IMG/VR virus record: IMGVR_UViG_3300036816_000007
Span: 1,839 to 65,838 of that record
Length of the DNA stretch: 64,000 nucleotides
DNA from: a virus
Reading direction: 5' to 3' (one strand)
Position numbers and translations under genes: made by a program. This document shows, piece by piece, positions 60,441-64,000 of the stretch; the stretch's first letter is position 1; every line of letters starts with the position of its first letter. The notes below the pieces were generated by a model. The model was not told the DNA's origin and did not search any database. It saw nothing but the letters and a program-made list of their open reading frames with translations.

Positions 60441-60728
60441 TTAGATTGGTTCATTTGCGTTAATCCTCCGTGTTATATCGTTCCTTACGTCACCTACCGT
60501 AATTATTCCGCTTCTAATTAGATCGGTCCGACTCGAATACGATTGGAATCCGCATAGGTGCTGCGTTTCTTCCGATTCGATTGCGCGGATAATTTCGATG
60601 TCAGTATCGTTGAATCCGAGGCTGCGGAGATACTCGGTTTCCTCACGTTCGATCCTCGTGATGATATCCTGTGCGCGTTTAATTTCTTCCGGTGTCGGCG
60701 CGAATGCTTTGCGGAAATCTGCGAACAT
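60441..60728 (-). CDS. hypothetical protein
   Basis: 95 aa track ORF. Confidence 0.5.
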   Translation of the reverse strand: MFADFRKAFAPTPEEIKRAQDIITRIEREETEYLRSLGFNDTDIEIIRAIESEETQHLCGFQSYSSRTDLIRSGIITVGDVRNDITRRINANEPI

Positions 60729-60732
60729 GGCG

Positions 60733-61077
60733 TCACTCCTCCGTTGCTAATTTCGCGATGATGGCCGCGAGTCCGATCGCTTCTGGAAACGTAGATTTCT
60801 GTACTATTACGCGCGCGCTACCGTCAATTCCATTTATGCGAACACCGTACGTAGTCTTTCGCCCGGGGATACGCGCAACTTCAATGTAAGGATGGCGTTC
60901 GAATATAGGCCAAGCGTCGGGGATTACGGTCGTATAGTACGGTATCAAAACGCGCACTTCGTTAACCTCTCGAAAGTTGCCGAACGCAACTCCGCCAAAG
61001 ATTTCCCGCTCGATCCACGCGTCCCTCTCACGTGCTGACATTCCGTCCCACTTTGCGATGATTTCTTCTCGTTTCAT
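60733..61077 (-). CDS. hypothetical protein (phage ABA-sandwich-domain-like)
   Basis: The N-terminus RERDAWIEREIFG resembles the family motif. Confidence 0.4.
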   Translation of the reverse strand: MKREEIIAKWDGMSARERDAWIEREIFGGVAFGNFREVNEVRVLIPYYTTVIPDAWPIFERHPYIEVARIPGRKTTYGVRINGIDGSARVIVQKSTFPEAIGLAAIIAKLATEE

Positions 61078-61154
61078 ATAGCCATCCCTCCCGTAATTTA
61101 ACCGTGATATTAGCGCCTTTCCTCCGCACTCTACCGAATACCCTCCGCCTACCC

Positions 61155-61505
61155 CTACGCGCCTAATTTAACGGTAAACTCAGGCGATAAGCCAGCGTTA
61201 ACAGCCGTAAGTATCACCGCCGTCGTTTCGCGGATCGCTGCGCCAAGTTCCGTCAGGTTCGTTACGTCAAACTCCGCGGCCGTTCGTATCCTCACGCTAT
61301 CGATAAGCGCAGTCAGGCCGGCGGTTGTCAGCGGGTAATACCCGATCTCATCCCAACGTTCGCGTATCGGCGGGGGCTCCGCGCCTTCAACCGCTTTATA
61401 TCCGGGCGCCTTCGTAGGGTCTACTAGTTTGCGCTGCAGGACGATGAAGTTGTGCGCGTCCGTTTTGAGTGCGTAATTTTGCGTGATTTTAACGTTGTTT
61501 AACAT
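61155..61505 (-). CDS. hypothetical protein
   Basis: 116 aa track ORF. Confidence 0.5.
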   Translation of the reverse strand: MLNNVKITQNYALKTDAHNFIVLQRKLVDPTKAPGYKAVEGAEPPPIRERWDEIGYYPLTTAGLTALIDSVRIRTAAEFDVTNLTELGAAIRETTAVILTAVNAGLSPEFTVKLGA

Positions 61506-61632
61506 GTGGAAACACCTCCGGCATATTTGTGACGAGCGACGCGTAATCGACGTAAATCCACGCGATTATTACGGTGATAGCAAGGAGATAAGCGATGAGG
61601 ATTGCGGTGAGTCTGCGGTCTGAGCGCGTCAT
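61489..61632 (-). CDS. small membrane protein (47 aa)
   Basis: The ATGA start overlaps the upstream stop. TM segment LTAILIAYLLAITVIIAWIYV. Confidence 0.45.
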   Translation of the reverse strand: MTRSDRRLTAILIAYLLAITVIIAWIYVDYASLVTNMPEVFPHVKQR

Positions 61633-61943
61633 AGGCGACCGTCCCACGCTCGGAATGCGTCGATGGCGGCGGACTTGCGTTCTATCCGCGGCAGAATGTC
61701 GTTCGTATAGTCTCCGCACACTCTCCGCGAAATTGAGATGTAGTCCGGATTGTCGGCGTCATATACTCCGTAGCCATCGTAAAATTTACCGTAAGCTACC
61801 GAAGCAAATCCGAAAAGCCTACGTCGTACGAACAGTCTGACGAAAACGTGCTTACCGCCGTCCTCGCAACGTTTAATCATAACGCGATACCTCGTGCCGT
61901 CTTCGGCAATGACAGGAAATTTCGTGAGTTTGCGGTTTGACAT
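61629..61943 (-). CDS. hypothetical protein, first gene after non-coding element B
   Basis: 104 aa with a GGAGGAA SD. Confidence 0.55.
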   Translation of the reverse strand: MSNRKLTKFPVIAEDGTRYRVMIKRCEDGGKHVFVRLFVRRRLFGFASVAYGKFYDGYGVYDADNPDYISISRRVCGDYTNDILPRIERKSAAIDAFRAWDGRL

Positions 61944-61989
61944 AACGTGATTCCTCCGATTCTTTTATAAGTGCGTATATGCTCGCGAT

Positions 61990-62101
61990 TCACTTCGTTC
62001 ATACTCGCCGTCGCCTTTGGCTCCGTATCATCTACCGCGCGGATAAATATGTTCTTATCTAATTCGTCCCGCGAAGTTTAGTTTGCGAAGCAAAATCAAC
62101 T
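61990..62101 (-). promoter_or_regulatory. conserved non-coding element, copy B
   Basis: It has the same three blocks as 28349..28460 at identical spacing. The 34-nt core is at 62067-62100. Confidence 0.6.
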
Positions 62102-62243
62102 GAGTGGTAATGTTATATCTAGTTCTTAGTGGCTCTTGTTAAAGGTGGTTATAGTTAGTGTGACGTCTACCAAGTCGGGACCTACCGTGTTGAGGTTTGC
62201 AGACACGGTTGCCTTAGACGCATGTTCACGTTGAACGCCCGCC

Positions 62244-62663
62244 TTACCCACTCTCCAACGCCGCCGGCTCCGCATCAAATATCGCAAGCTGACTGATCGG
62301 CAGCACCGTATAGCGCGTATTCTGCCACGTCCCCTTCGGCGCTCTATCTTTTATTGCGCGGATAACTGGACGCCCATTCCAGCGGTACTCCGTAAGCCTG
62401 CGAACGTACTTATTCGCCGTCGTCCGGTTGACTCCGAGGAACCGCGCTATTTGCTCCTGCGTTGGATAACAGTTGCCGGCCGCATCCATAAACGAAGCGA
62501 TTACGCAAAGCGTCGTCCAGTTCTGTGCGCCCATGTCCGCAATGAGTCCGGCTTTGGCGGCGTCGACGTACATCTTAACGAAGATTCGCGTTTCAGTTGC
62601 GCCGGATGTGACGGAGTATTCCGTTTGGGATTCGACGCTGATGAGGCGTTGAGTTTCCGACAT
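62244..62663 (-). CDS. winged-helix DNA-binding protein (replication-organiser/regulator-like)
   Basis: The sequence CYPTQEQIARFLGVNRTTANKYVRRLTEYRW fits a wHTH. Confidence 0.55.
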   Translation of the reverse strand: MSETQRLISVESQTEYSVTSGATETRIFVKMYVDAAKAGLIADMGAQNWTTLCVIASFMDAAGNCYPTQEQIARFLGVNRTTANKYVRRLTEYRWNGRPVIRAIKDRAPKGTWQNTRYTVLPISQLAIFDAEPAALESG

Positions 62664-63571
62664 TATGCTGCGTCCTCCTTTCGTGGTTCCAGGGTAGATA
62701 TGAACGCCTCCATGTCTTCGATTAAATCGCGCCTTCCTACACGACTTAGCGCGTTGTATAACGTTGATACATGAAGTACTCTCGCAAACCTATGCGTAAA
62801 TGGGTCACGTTTGCCGAGCGCGTAGTACACGGTTAGACTGTCGGTGTGACTTGCGTATTTCTCTAACGTACGTGACCGCGTATCGTATATCGTCCATGCG
62901 CTAAGTTTAGCGTCGATCCACTGCGTTCCGTTGACGATAAAATCCGGTATACAGTCACCTATTTTTAAATGATACTTAACCTCGGTGTATAGACAAGGTA
63001 ACAGTTCCGCAAGCTTTCGCTCGAAGTCTAAGCCACTACCGATTGACCTCCTCCCACCGTAATTGCGATTGAGCGCGAATTCATACGACAACCGATACGC
63101 TTTTAGGTAAGCGCCGTAAGTTACGTAATGCTTCCGTATATAACCATATACTTGCGGAAATCTTCGTCGTAATACACCGTCAGGTAGGTGGTCAAAAGGA
63201 AACTGCTCTCGATAAAAATCATCTAGCGCGTCAATTTCCGTTTCCCTCCTGTGTTTTTCTGTTAATCTACGGAAGGCTAAGTCATCCAAGTCGTAAAGGG
63301 ACTTAATATGCTTGGCGTCGAATGTTTCTTTTACGATGTAGTTTTCCGCTATCTCAAAACAGCGGTACAACTCAACATCAAGGGGTCTTCCTGCGCAGCT
63401 TTCGATTCCGTACTCACGCAAAGCGTCCCAATATCCGCCGAACGCTCGTTTGCTTTGATGACGTAGAGCATCGTATTCCCGCGCAGGTAATTCCTTCGAA
63501 ATCCGTGCTACATTAACACCTGCATCAATCAGATCATCTATCTGGCTAAAGACTTTTTCCTTCGCGTTCAT
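62663..63571 (-). CDS. hypothetical early protein with a possible C-terminal PD-(D/E)XK motif
   Basis: The C-terminal pattern is GLDFERKLAELL...CIPDFIVNGTQWIDAKLS. It is the first gene after element copy 1. Confidence 0.4.
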   Translation of the reverse strand: MNAKEKVFSQIDDLIDAGVNVARISKELPAREYDALRHQSKRAFGGYWDALREYGIESCAGRPLDVELYRCFEIAENYIVKETFDAKHIKSLYDLDDLAFRRLTEKHRRETEIDALDDFYREQFPFDHLPDGVLRRRFPQVYGYIRKHYVTYGAYLKAYRLSYEFALNRNYGGRRSIGSGLDFERKLAELLPCLYTEVKYHLKIGDCIPDFIVNGTQWIDAKLSAWTIYDTRSRTLEKYASHTDSLTVYYALGKRDPFTHRFARVLHVSTLYNALSRVGRRDLIEDMEAFISTLEPRKEDAA

Positions 63572-63593
63572 GTATCGTCTCCTTTCTGATTCG

Positions 63594-63635
63594 CTTTATA
63601 ATAAGATTGACAACCTCAACCGGATGTTCGCACAA
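63594..63635 (-). promoter_or_regulatory. conserved promoter-like element, copy 1
   Basis: The minus strand reads TTGTGCGAA-N12-GGTTGTCAATCTTATTATAAAG. It lies between a terminator and the gene start at 63571. Confidence 0.6.
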
Positions 63636-63642
63636 TTTACGC

Positions 63643-63680
63643 AAAAAAAAATAACGCACGCCTCCGAAGAGACATGCGTT
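63643..63680 (-). terminator. rho-independent terminator upstream of the early operon
   Basis: The minus strand reads AACGCA-N16-TGCGTT followed by A-T9. Confidence 0.6.
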
Positions 63681-63725
63681 TGTGTTATTTCATTATATGC
63701 GCTATTATGTTTATCAGCTAAATGA

Positions 63726-63833
63726 CCGATAAGTTTACGTTAAAATTGCGCGGAGATTCGGACAGTTTACCGGAACAACGTCCGCATAGTTTATCGGAAT
63801 CTCGCGACCAACGGCCGATAAGTTTACGCGAAC
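63726..63833. repeat. four operator/iteron-like AGTTTA(C/T)(C/G)G repeats, including two perfect 14-mers CCGATAAGTTTACG
   Basis: The AGTTTA cores begin at 63732, 63764, 63788 and 63821. The 14-mers are at 63726-63739 and 63815-63828. Confidence 0.75.
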
Positions 63834-63876
63834 AATCGTTCTAGTCATCGTCTGAAAACGTTGATCCAGCGGGCTT

Positions 63877-64000
63877 TCAGGACACCTTATGCTCAATTCT
63901 CAGCTTGTCAGCAACCATCGCGATGAATTCCGAATTCGTCGGTTTCGATTTGCTGATGTTAATCGTATAGCCAAACAGGTGGCTGATGCTGTCGATGTTG
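63877..64000 (-). CDS. XRE-type HTH regulator, C-terminal part (5' end outside the window)
   Basis: The partial translation [40 protein letters not shown] fits an HTH_3 pattern. Confidence 0.4.
   Translation of the reverse strand, partial: NIDSISHLFGYTINISKSKPTNSEFIAMVADKLRIEHKVS

Noticed and set aside
1-64000. Lysogeny or mobility genes (integrase, excisionase, transposase, partition genes).
   Set aside because: None was recognised in any frame. Whether the element is temperate, a plasmid-prophage or virulent cannot be decided from this window.

Overview
The window is almost entirely one tightly packed siphovirus-type phage or prophage genome from a Gram-positive host. The host call (Bacillota, probably Bacillales-like) is inferred from GGAGG Shine-Dalgarno (SD) sites, a BhlA-like holin, an XkdX-like gene, Cu-amine-oxidase-N1-type wall-binding domains and a class Ib ribonucleotide reductase. 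Nearly all genes are on the minus strand, so transcription runs from 64 kb towards 1. In that order the window contains: (1) a control region with a partial XRE gene, operator-like repeats, a terminator and a conserved promoter-like element (63.9-63.6 kb); (2) early genes, including a PD-(D/E)XK-like protein and a winged-helix (wHTH) protein; (3) a replication module with a DnaC/DnaI-like loader, DnaB, a DnaG-like primase, a sigma-like factor, a gp2.5-like single-stranded DNA-binding protein (SSB), a family A polymerase, a DnaQ-like exonuclease, a RecB/Cas4-like nuclease and a RuvC-like resolvase; (4) nucleotide metabolism genes (NrdI-NrdE-NrdF, a MazG-like protein, ThyX, a dNMP kinase) interleaved with many tiny, translationally coupled ORFs and a four-member paralogous repeat-protein family; (5) a regulator-controlled cassette of small genes, a sigma-region-4-like regulator, a GIY-YIG nuclease and a double-wHTH protein; (6) packaging, head, neck and tail genes (TerS, an 875-bp gap, TerL, portal, MuF-like protein, a 3-gene insertion with a GH9-like protein, scaffold, major capsid, connectors, major tail, G/GT chaperone with a -1 frameshift, and a 1427-aa tape measure); (7) a distal-tail, fibre and Tal region; (8) a lysis cassette. 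Only six credible plus-strand genes exist: three small XRE regulators, one small ORF, a membrane-anchored wHTH and a lipoprotein. I recognised no integrase, tRNA, rRNA or CRISPR array. The most notable unexplained signals are: two copies of a ~112-nt non-coding element with a covarying hairpin; a 41-bp promoter-like element present three times, one copy in front of the phage sigma-like gene; a wHTH protein that ends in a bacterial SSB C-terminal tip motif and sits next to iterons; a GH9-like multidomain protein inside the head module; and distal-tail (Dit) signatures split by a fibre cassette. All functional calls rest on by-eye motif recognition. No database search was run.
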